Shown here: positions 35,120 to 42,601 of the stretch, one piece after another
Layout of the letters: each line of letters begins with the position of its first letter
Numbering within the stretch: the first letter of the stretch is position 1
Assembly: GCA_017516865.1 (NCBI GenBank)
Contig: JAFXAU010000003.1
Coordinates: 11,909 to 75,908 of the forward strand
Reading direction: 5' to 3'
Source of the DNA: Bacteroidales bacterium
GTDB taxonomy: Bacteria; Bacteroidota; Bacteroidia; Bacteroidales; UBA1715
Length of the DNA: 64,000 bases
Translations under genes and position numbers: made by a program
The notes under the pieces: generated by a model
What the model was told of the DNA's origin: nothing
The model's database searches: none
What the model saw: only the letters and a program-made list of their open reading frames with translations

Positions 35120-35680
35120 TTATAGCAAATCACATTTTTTCGTTGTACGTTCCGCAAGACGCATGGCGAGAATGGAAACGGGAATTGTTAGAATCAGTAC
35201 GACAATCAATACGGGAATGTTGTCGATAACGGGTTTCATAAGTTCGTCGTATCCTGTGGGCATTTCTTCCACGGCAGCCGCAAGCGAGCCTTCTGTGTCG
35301 GTCCACCAATGGGCGGTGTATGCGAAAAATGAAAACGCAAACGGGATGAAACTTACGCGAACGCCTTTCAGCGTGTCGTATCCGTAAATCAATCTGATGA
35401 TTTCGGAGAAGGCAGTCAAAATAATGATTCCCACGATATAGGACAAATCCGCTTCGCCCGTTATCAGTCCTACCACAAGCATAAATCCGTTTAAGACCGT
35501 AGCTGCCCCGAAATTACGGATTTCAATCGCGGTATAGAGATAGATGAATGCGAACAAAAACGGCAAAATTGCGCCAATGTAGGCGTAACACATAGGATGA
35601 ATCAAACCACTTGCCGAACCAAGTATATATACGGCAAGATAGGCAATTGCCAAGAGAAGAATTTTTGATACAGTTTTCAT
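35120..35680 (-). CDS. Small polytopic membrane protein (possibly an MptD/ECF S-component-like family)
   Basis: About 5-6 hydrophobic helices in 186 aa. The family assignment is tentative and from memory. Confidence 0.4.
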   Translation of the reverse strand: MKTVSKILLLAIAYLAVYILGSASGLIHPMCYAYIGAILPFLFAFIYLYTAIEIRNFGAATVLNGFMLVVGLITGEADLSYIVGIIILTAFSEIIRLIYGYDTLKGVRVSFIPFAFSFFAYTAHWWTDTEGSLAAAVEEMPTGYDELMKPVIDNIPVLIVVLILTIPVSILAMRLAERTTKKCDLL

Positions 35681-35819
35681 TGCTTTATGTTTAACTAATT
35701 ATTCTGTGGCAAAACTAATCACCATAAGGATATTGGTAAATCGCCATTTATGGGGATTTACAAGAAGAATTTTTTGAAATCGTTGATTTTTTGCTATCTT
35801 TACGAAAAAAAATCTATAA

Positions 35820-36731
35820 ATGAAAAAAGCAATTCTAAAAATAGTATTTTTTTTACTTTGGCTGAATGGTGTTTTTTGCTGGCAGTCATGCTCGTCTTCT
35901 CAAACAGATTCCACAACACACAACCAAACAGATTCTTTAACATATCCCCCAATAGTAACGGAAAATTACACACCGCCACCGACGGATGAAGAATTATATT
36001 GGGACAGTCTTTTACATATTGGAGATAGTTTGTTGTTTAATTGTGATTGGGTGAAACCATATGCCAAAGCTTTATACAATGATTACATAAAAAGCACAGA
36101 AGAGGATGAGTTCTTTAGGTCTGATTTTTACTATGTTCGCTTTGAGGATTATTTCTTTTGTGATGATATTTTTGAAATGACGGTAGAAAATTGTCGAGAT
36201 TTGCTTGAGCGGATGTTGTACGACATTTCAGGCGAGGAAATCGAGAATACGTTATACTATCAAATAAATAATAGTTTTTTGTCACTTGACTTAAGATACA
36301 AAAATGATTATATTGGAGGATATGATGTTGGCTATGTAATTTATGACCATGGCATAGTTGAAGAAATGCACGGAGGTGCTGCCGGAGAAGAATTATTTAC
36401 TACAATTTATGGCTATTCTGTGTGTGATACAATGCATAATATCCATATGCGTTGGTCTGCTGTTTATGAGGGTGATGATCCTTCAACACTTGGGGATTAT
36501 GATGAGAAAACAAAATACTTAGTTGGTGACAAAGAAGTTTCAGAAGATTTTTACGAAAAATCATTAGAGCATTATAAGGATTCTGCGAAATCATTGTATG
36601 ATTCGCCTTGCGAACATTCAACAATAGCCATAGAGGCAATTTTTGATATGAATTCTATTGCAAAAATATTTGGATATAAAAATCCTAAGAGTAAAAAACA
36701 ATCTTTAAAAGAATTTATACGAGGAATATAA
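35820..36731 (+). CDS. Hypothetical lipoprotein
   Basis: Signal/lipobox MKKAILKIVFFLLWLNGVFCWQSC. Asp/Glu/Tyr-rich mature part with no motif. Confidence 0.5.
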   Translation: MKKAILKIVFFLLWLNGVFCWQSCSSSQTDSTTHNQTDSLTYPPIVTENYTPPPTDEELYWDSLLHIGDSLLFNCDWVKPYAKALYNDYIKSTEEDEFFRSDFYYVRFEDYFFCDDIFEMTVENCRDLLERMLYDISGEEIENTLYYQINNSFLSLDLRYKNDYIGGYDVGYVIYDHGIVEEMHGGAAGEELFTTIYGYSVCDTMHNIHMRWSAVYEGDDPSTLGDYDEKTKYLVGDKEVSEDFYEKSLEHYKDSAKSLYDSPCEHSTIAIEAIFDMNSIAKIFGYKNPKSKKQSLKEFIRGI

Positions 36732-37866
36732 ACCTGTGCATATCCAACCGCAAAATGTTTTTGATTTCGTCAACCGACGGTGTTTTTGCAAAAACAATGG
36801 CAAAAACTGGCTTTGTGGTGTGGTCAATTCTGCGGATTTCCAACGGATTCTGTATGTGTTGCAAATATGCGTCGAAATCAATGTGGGTGATAGCGTTCTT
36901 ATCAACGTCCGACGGGACTTCCGCCATAGTGAAATAGTATAACTCGTCGTCGGCGTTTTTCAAGATGTTCTTCCAGTCGGGTTTCAATTGGTTGAAATAA
37001 TATTCGTACACATTGATTCCCCACGCGTGCTGGGCAATGTCGGTGATGCACCAACCACAAAAACGGAGCGGATTCATTTCTATCGGAATAATTCTGTTTC
37101 CGTTAACACGCAGTTCCAAATGAAACGGAAAATTTTGAAAATCAAGCGTTTGACCTATTTTATCCAATAGCGATTGGAATGGTTCAAGGTATGTTTTTAT
37201 AATTTCTTTTGATGTGAAATATGCACGGTCGGAAACGTCTTTCTCGTCGAAAAACGGATGTTTGAAGATGTTCAAGATTGTAGATTTTCCATTTCCGTCG
37301 AAATAGGCGTCGATTGCAAATTCCTCACCGTCAATGAGTTCTTCGACTATAAAATTGTTTATGTCAACCACAGTGGCAGGAAACACGTCACGTATTTTTT
37401 CAATCTCCAACGCAAGCGTGTTAAGCGTTGCGTGCCATTCGTCGGCATTTCTTACGGGATATACGCCAAAACTGAGAAAACCCACGCTTGGTTTGAGAAT
37501 CAACGGAAACTTCAACGCAGCCGTGTCGATGGTGCGGAGTTGCTGGAACGTGCGTTCTTCAAAGAAATAGTCGGGGTACAAAGAACGCAATTTACGACGG
37601 AAAGCCGCCTTGTTCTTGCACAATTCAACCATCGTGGCGAGTTTTGTACCTGACAGTTTCTCTGTAATCCAACCAATGGCATTCTCGGAATTTGTGTAAA
37701 ACAATTTTTTTTCGTTAGAATAACAACGTACCGCTGAATCAGACGAAATCAATTGATTTGTAGGAATATAGCGACTTGCAAAATCGTTTTGCAACACGTT
37801 GAACGAATTTTTCTGTATGGTGTCGATTAAAAAATCCGACACGTATGGCTCTTCTAAAAGTATCAT
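36715..37866 (-). CDS. ATP-grasp domain protein
   Basis: LILKPSVGFLSFGVYPV...VEELIDGEEFAIDAYFDGNG is an ATP-grasp signature. The ATG at 37866 (MILLEEPY) is preferred. The 3' end overlaps the convergent gene by 17 nt. Confidence 0.6.
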   Translation of the reverse strand: MILLEEPYVSDFLIDTIQKNSFNVLQNDFASRYIPTNQLISSDSAVRCYSNEKKLFYTNSENAIGWITEKLSGTKLATMVELCKNKAAFRRKLRSLYPDYFFEERTFQQLRTIDTAALKFPLILKPSVGFLSFGVYPVRNADEWHATLNTLALEIEKIRDVFPATVVDINNFIVEELIDGEEFAIDAYFDGNGKSTILNIFKHPFFDEKDVSDRAYFTSKEIIKTYLEPFQSLLDKIGQTLDFQNFPFHLELRVNGNRIIPIEMNPLRFCGWCITDIAQHAWGINVYEYYFNQLKPDWKNILKNADDELYYFTMAEVPSDVDKNAITHIDFDAYLQHIQNPLEIRRIDHTTKPVFAIVFAKTPSVDEIKNILRLDMHRFIFLV

Positions 37867-38109
37867 ATAGTATTTGTTCCTTATTAAAAACGCCGCAAAT
37901 GTACTGCTAAAAACGGAACGGACAAACTTACGCATTCGCTAATTCTTATGATTCAAGTGTTCCTGTGTAGAATTATTTTTTGATTTTTATCGACTTTTCC
38001 CTATCTTTACGCAATGAAATTAAAATGCCAAACTTGTGAAAATTTATAACTTATTGTATATCAATAATATATGGGGGGGGTAAATTCTTCCTTTCATTAT
38101 TGTGATGTA

Positions 38110-38153
38110 AAAGCGTCTTGCTCGGTGGAATGTGCTGAGGGACGCTTTTTTTA
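38110..38153 (+). terminator. Orphan plus-strand intrinsic terminator
   Basis: aaagcgtc...gacgcttt stem with an inner ctc/gag extension, followed by ttttttt. There is no annotated plus-strand gene upstream. Confidence 0.5.
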
Positions 38154-38208
38154 TTTAGGAGGTAGGATTTATGAGTTTTGAATTATGGGAATATATAATG
38201 ATTGACAA

Positions 38209-38351
38209 GGAGACCCTTCGCTTCGCTCAGGGTGACGGTTCTGCTGGTATAGTGGGAAGGGAAAGGAAGGATTTTTCTCAGAAAAATCCTTCCTTCCCCT
38301 TCAAATAATAGCCGTCATGTCGAACGAAGCGGAGCGGAGTGAGACATCTCG
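38209..38351. repeat. MITE-like composite: imperfect terminal inverted repeats flanking a ~20-bp-stem hairpin
   Basis: Left arm gagacccttcgcttcgctcagggtgacgg, right arm ccgtcatgtcgaacgaagcggagcggagtgagacatctc, central hairpin 38254-38302 (ggaaggattttt/aaaaatccttcc core). Confidence 0.55.
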
Positions 38352-38391
38352 TCGAAAAAAGAAAAATATTGTTTAACTAAAACATATACAT
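38311..38391 (+). repeat. Copy 1 of an ~80-bp duplicated 5' region preceding secreted-protein genes
   Basis: cgtcatgtcgaacgaagcggagcggagtgagacatctc...aaaaaagaaaaata...ttgtttaa...tatga recurs at 38900-38984. Confidence 0.75.
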
Positions 38392-38853
38392 ATGAACAAA
38401 AAACTAATTACAACAATGGCACTTGTGGCGGCGGCGGTTGGGTCGTTTGCGCAGAGTGCGGTTTCGTCGGCGGGCTACGAGGCCACGGGCGATGGAACGG
38501 TGAGTGCCACCATTGGGCAGGTTGCCTACCTTACGGCTACGGGCGACGGCGGAAGCATTGCGCAGGGCGTTCAGCAAGCCTTTGAAATTACAACGGAAAC
38601 GGGCATTGAAATCACCGAAATTCAACTTTCGGCATACCCGAACCCAACGAGCGACGTGCTGAACCTGAAAATTGATGGCGATTTTGGCACTGTGACCTAC
38701 GCTTTGTACAACAATTCTTCGGCATTGGTGACGAAAGGCACGGCAAACGGTTCGGAAACCCAAATACAAATGGGTGCGTACAAACCAGGCGTGTATTTCC
38801 TTGAAGTGAAGATGGACGGGAAGGCGAAGAAATTCAAAGTAGTTAGGAATTAG
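38392..38853 (+). CDS. Small secreted protein with a T9SS C-terminal sorting domain
   Basis: Signal peptide MNKKLITTMALVAAAVGSFAQ. C-terminal LSAYPNPTSDVLNLKI...GVYFLEVKMDGKAKKFKVVRN is a T9SS CTD. Confidence 0.75.
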   Translation: MNKKLITTMALVAAAVGSFAQSAVSSAGYEATGDGTVSATIGQVAYLTATGDGGSIAQGVQQAFEITTETGIEITEIQLSAYPNPTSDVLNLKIDGDFGTVTYALYNNSSALVTKGTANGSETQIQMGAYKPGVYFLEVKMDGKAKKFKVVRN

Positions 38854-38899
38854 TATTAATGCGTAATGCTTAATACATAATGCACAATTCACAATGATT

Positions 38900-38984
38900 G
38901 TCGTCATGTCGAACGAAGCGGAGCGGAGTGAGACATCTCATCAAAAAAGAAAAATAAATTTTGTTTAATTAAATACGTATAAAA
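38900..38984 (+). repeat. Copy 2 of the duplicated 5' region
   Basis: See 38311-38391. Confidence 0.75.
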
Positions 38985-40355
38985 ATGAAGAAATTAGTTT
39001 TAACATTGACTTTGGCGATTGCGGCATTGTTGTCGTTCGCCCAGATTCCGCAGACATTCAGTTACCAAGGCGTGGTGCGGGACGCGGAAAGCAAGATTGT
39101 GGCAGAAAAGCCGATTACGGTAAACGTGCAGATTTTGCAGGGAACCGACGAAGGAACGGAGGTTTACGCTGAAACTCACGAAGTTACCACCAACGCAAAC
39201 GGTTTGATGACCTTTGAATTGGGTAGCAAGAACGCTGAGGATTTTGCAAAAATTGATTGGAGCAATGCTCCATATTTTGTAAAAACCGTTGCCGAATTCG
39301 ACGGCAAGCAGATTTCGGGCGTAACCCCGCTGTTGGCAGTGCCATACGCACTCTATGCCGCAAAGGCAGGAAGCGCCGATGTTGATTTGAGCGGCTATGC
39401 CACAAAAGACGAGATTCCAAACGTGGAAGGTTTGGCAAGCGAAAATTATGTAAATGAAAAAGTTGCGGCAATTGAAATCCCCGAAGTGGATTTGAGCAAC
39501 TACTACCCCAAAACCGATGTTGATGCTTTGCTTGCTGAATTGAATGCAAAAATTGCGAAACTTGATTTACAATTGAATCCGCCAGAATCTGGTGTAATAG
39601 AATTCGCTTTTTCCGTTTCGGCAGAAAAACAGATTTATTTCTCGAAAGGAAACCTGCAATACCAAGCAAGCACAGGCACGTGGCGTTTTGCCGAACACCA
39701 ATATGACATTATCGGTGACGACAACGCAAACATTTCCTCTACAAACAGCGGTTGGATAGACCTGTTTGGTTGGGGGACAAGCGGCTACAACGGCAAAAAT
39801 CCATATATGACAAGCACGGGTTCCGATTATGGAGATGGTTACAACGACATTGCAGGCACGAACTATGATTGGGGCGTGTACAATGCAATTTCCAACGGTG
39901 GAAACCAAGCAGGACAATGGCGGACGCTTACAACCGATGAGTGGTATTATGTGATAAATACCCGTACAAACGCTTCGAGCAAATATGGTGTTGCAAGCGT
40001 TAATGGAGTGAATGGCTTGATATTGTTGCCCGACGAGTGGACATTGCCCGAAGGCATTGTGTTCACAAGCGGAGTGGCGAATGATGGACGTATCGAATAC
40101 TACTCGACTGTGAATAGTTATACAGCAAACGAATGGGCGAAGATGGAAGCAAATGGAGCCGTGTTTCTTCCTGCTGCTGGCCTCCGCGTCGAATCAAATA
40201 TGATCGATGTGGGTTTCATAGGCAACTACTGGTCGAGTTCGTATTACGACGGTCTCAATGCCTTCTGTCTGAGCTTCTGTAGCGACTTTGCGAGCAAGGG
40301 TATGGGCGGAAGAATAGCCGGGTACTCTGTCCGCCTTGTGCAAGAGGTGGAATAG
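38985..40355 (+). CDS. Secreted protein with a C-terminal FISUMP/DUF1566-like domain
   Basis: Signal peptide MKKLVLTLTLAIAALLSFAQ. C-terminal GNLQYQ...WIDLFGWGTSG...WRTLTTDEW...GAVFLPAAG...YWSSS...GYSVRLVQE pattern. Confidence 0.5.
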   Translation: MKKLVLTLTLAIAALLSFAQIPQTFSYQGVVRDAESKIVAEKPITVNVQILQGTDEGTEVYAETHEVTTNANGLMTFELGSKNAEDFAKIDWSNAPYFVKTVAEFDGKQISGVTPLLAVPYALYAAKAGSADVDLSGYATKDEIPNVEGLASENYVNEKVAAIEIPEVDLSNYYPKTDVDALLAELNAKIAKLDLQLNPPESGVIEFAFSVSAEKQIYFSKGNLQYQASTGTWRFAEHQYDIIGDDNANISSTNSGWIDLFGWGTSGYNGKNPYMTSTGSDYGDGYNDIAGTNYDWGVYNAISNGGNQAGQWRTLTTDEWYYVINTRTNASSKYGVASVNGVNGLILLPDEWTLPEGIVFTSGVANDGRIEYYSTVNSYTANEWAKMEANGAVFLPAAGLRVESNMIDVGFIGNYWSSSYYDGLNAFCLSFCSDFASKGMGGRIAGYSVRLVQEVE

Positions 40356-40386
40356 TTAGGAAGTAGGATTTAGGAGATAGGAAAGG

Positions 40387-40412
40387 GGCGGAAGAGATTT
40401 CGCTCCTTTTTT
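40387..40412 (+). terminator. Intrinsic terminator after 38985-40355
   Basis: gcggaagagatttcgc hairpin followed by tccttttttt. Confidence 0.55.
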
Positions 40413-40500
40413 TGTGTGCATTGTGGAACGCAAGTGAAAAAGGTTGTGGTACAATAAGATGAAAAAAGCTTAAGGTATTGACAACCGATGTAGAATTTTG

Positions 40501-40508
40501 TATATTTG
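40501..40508 (+). promoter_or_regulatory. -7 promoter box (TAtaTTTG) for the candidate sRNA
   Basis: tatatttg with an upstream ttg(aca) at about 40478. Confidence 0.4.
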
Positions 40509-40513
40509 CATTG

Positions 40514-40627
40514 TCCTTTGATACGGAAAGAGTAATCTTAGACGTCATCGGGCAAAGCCGATTAAATTCGTGAAACTTAGCACTAAGGTGACTGTAGTTA
40601 TGGAGAAAGGAGACTTTCTCCTTTTTT
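40514..40627 (+). ncRNA. Candidate ~115-nt small RNA (promoter-to-terminator unit with no credible ORF)
   Basis: Bounded by the -7 box at 40501-40508 and a strong terminator at 40602-40627. Internal hairpins atcgg/ccgat and cttag/ctaag. Confidence 0.35.
40602..40627 (+). terminator. Strong plus-strand intrinsic terminator
   Basis: ggagaaag-gaga-ctttctcc (8-bp stem, 4-nt loop) followed by T6. No T-run on the minus strand. Confidence 0.7.
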
Positions 40628-41309
40628 ATTTGTTTTGTATCCAAATTCGTCGGAAAAATTTTGGATAATCATTTTTCTGAACATCTACTGCGGTTGTCTT
40701 TATTAAACGGCTACCTTTAAATATAATCACATTTTTTAATTCACAATTTCGCTCAAATGCAGATTTTATTGTACGTGCTATGTAATCAACATCGTGTGTT
40801 CCAATAATATTTACTGCAATATGCTCTGATTGTTTGGCTCCTTTGTGCAAACGGTGATCAAGGGAATTTTTGCCGTTTAGTGTTTTGGCTTCAACGTAAA
40901 ATAAAAAACTCTTTTTTCGAACAATAAAATCAGCACTTGTGGAATGCATAGGATTTGGCAATAAGAAGACATCATATCCGTTTGCCACAAATTTCTGTGC
41001 TATTTGCAGATTATTAGGAATTTCGCCAGTTTTTAGTATTTCGTCATATTGGTTTTTGTACAAGGTAAAAATTTTGTTTTCCGTCGTAGAAAAACGTTGC
41101 ATTTCGGCAAAGTCAGGTTGGGCAACTATCCATTTCAACACATCAACTTTCTCACGATTGGTGGTAAACGAATAATAGTCTTTCAAGGCGTTGCTAATCG
41201 TAGTTCCTTGATAGACAACAGGCTTCTCATACTCGACTGCGGGTTCGCACACGAGTACAATTACATCTTCCGTACGCTCTGGGTACGGTGTTGGTTCTTT
41301 CTCAATCAT
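40626..41309 (-). CDS. Hypothetical protein with a C-terminal PD-(D/E)xK-like motif
   Basis: SADFIVRKKSFLFYVEAKT (D-x12-E-x-K). The ATG at 41309 lies 8 nt from a -7 box (caaatata, 41317-41324). Confidence 0.4.
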   Translation of the reverse strand: MIEKEPTPYPERTEDVIVLVCEPAVEYEKPVVYQGTTISNALKDYYSFTTNREKVDVLKWIVAQPDFAEMQRFSTTENKIFTLYKNQYDEILKTGEIPNNLQIAQKFVANGYDVFLLPNPMHSTSADFIVRKKSFLFYVEAKTLNGKNSLDHRLHKGAKQSEHIAVNIIGTHDVDYIARTIKSAFERNCELKNVIIFKGSRLIKTTAVDVQKNDYPKFFRRIWIQNK

Positions 41310-41372
41310 GATGCGACAAATATAGGAAAAATGGGGAACTCCACAATGTAGAAAGTTCAATAATACAAAAAC

Positions 41373-41404
41373 AAAGAACTACCGCCATAAGACGATAGTT
41401 CTTT
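41373..41404 (-). terminator. Minus-strand intrinsic terminator ending the cysE transcription unit
   Basis: The minus strand reads aaagaacta-N14-tagttcttt followed by gtttttgt. Confidence 0.5.
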
Positions 41405-41429
41405 CATTATTTTTTCTCATTGTAAAGAT

Positions 41430-41555
41430 TTAGTTTTTCCCAATAGGAACAAGAATCTTGACTGTTATATTCCGTCCCATATTATACACGCCTTGTTTTC
41501 CCGTCAACACGTTGACATCCGTGGCGACCATCGGTTTCGCCATCGGATTTGCCAT
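41430..41555 (-). CDS. Possible 41-aa small ORF between cysE and its terminator
   Basis: MANPMAKPMVATDVNVLTGKQGVYNMGRNITVKILVPIGKN. This is the only part of the 100-aa track ORF that does not overlap cysE. No known motif. Confidence 0.2.
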   Translation of the reverse strand: MANPMAKPMVATDVNVLTGKQGVYNMGRNITVKILVPIGKN

Positions 41556-41644
41556 GATGATGGTGCTCGACGTGGTGATGGGGTAACTTTCATCATCTGA
41601 GAAATCGGATTTATTGCCCGACAGAGCTGACAATCCCCTTTTTC

Positions 41645-42538
41645 TTATACTCCAGCCCCGTCGAAAAAGGTTTCCGAAACTGCTTTTTGCTGTACAATCT
41701 TCGAATGCGGCTTCACACTTTCGGTAACCCAAATGTTACCACCAATCACGGTGTCGTGCCCGATTGTAATACGTCCTAAAATCGACGAATTGGAATAAAT
41801 TGTGACATTGTCCTCTATTATCGGGTGGCGCGGGGTGTTCACCGGCTGACCGTTTTCGTTATAGGTAAACTTCTTCGCTCCTAACGTAACGCCCTGATAC
41901 AAAGTGACATGGTTGCCAATTATGCAGGTTTCTCCAATCACCACGCCCGTGCCATGGTCAATTGAAAAATATTCGCCGATTTTGGCTCCGGGATGAATGT
42001 CGATACCCGTCGCCGAATGTGCCATTTCCGTTATGATTCGCGGTAATACGGGAACTTTCAGCTCCAACAGTGCATGTGCCACACGATAGTGGACCATAAC
42101 CTGCACGATGGGATAGCAAAAAATTATCTCGCCGTACGACGTCACGGCAGGGTCGGAATCATACATTGCTTCAATATCGGTATAAAGCACACGTTTTATT
42201 TCGGGAATTTTTTCAAGAAACTGGAGCGTGATTTTTTCCACTTCCTCTACCGTTTTTCCTCCGTTGAAACTATTGAAACTCAGGGAAATCTGTTCCTCAA
42301 GTTCTTTCGCAATTTGTTCCACGTTTATCCCAATGCGGTACATACGGCTATCCTGACTGTTTATTTCGGCACCGAAAAAGCCGGGAAAGAAAATCTGCCT
42401 CAACAGTTCTATAATATGTTTCACAGCGTCAATCGAAGGCAGGCGGCATTCTTTTGCACGCATATTTTTTTCTTTTTCTTCAATGTTGGACAGTATGGCC
42501 ACATTTTTAGCCAAAATTTCTCGTTTATTCATTCTCAT
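41645..42538 (-). CDS. cysE: Serine O-acetyltransferase
   Basis: LbH hexapeptide region (GIDIHPGAKIGEYFSIDHGTGVVIGETCIIGNHVTLYQGVTLG) with a long Bacteroidetes-type N-terminal helical domain. Confidence 0.85.
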   Translation of the reverse strand: MRMNKREILAKNVAILSNIEEKEKNMRAKECRLPSIDAVKHIIELLRQIFFPGFFGAEINSQDSRMYRIGINVEQIAKELEEQISLSFNSFNGGKTVEEVEKITLQFLEKIPEIKRVLYTDIEAMYDSDPAVTSYGEIIFCYPIVQVMVHYRVAHALLELKVPVLPRIITEMAHSATGIDIHPGAKIGEYFSIDHGTGVVIGETCIIGNHVTLYQGVTLGAKKFTYNENGQPVNTPRHPIIEDNVTIYSNSSILGRITIGHDTVIGGNIWVTESVKPHSKIVQQKAVSETFFDGAGV

Positions 42539-42540
42539 CT

Positions 42541-42587
42541 TTTTTTATTAAAATAGGACGTAACAGATGGCTACGTCCTATTTTTCC
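42541..42587 (-). terminator. Hairpin (11-bp stem) flanked by A/T runs between the desulfurase gene and cysE
   Basis: aataggacgta-acagatggc-tacgtcctatt. The minus strand is followed by ttttaataaaaaa. Could act as a partial terminator or processing site. Confidence 0.45.
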
Positions 42588-42601
42588 ATAGTTAGTTGTC
42601 G

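Noticed and set aside
41556-41732. Upstream part of the 100-aa ORF (41430-41732) overlapping the cysE 3' end
   Set aside because: It overlaps cysE in another frame. Only the distal 41 codons downstream of cysE were kept, as a low-confidence small ORF.
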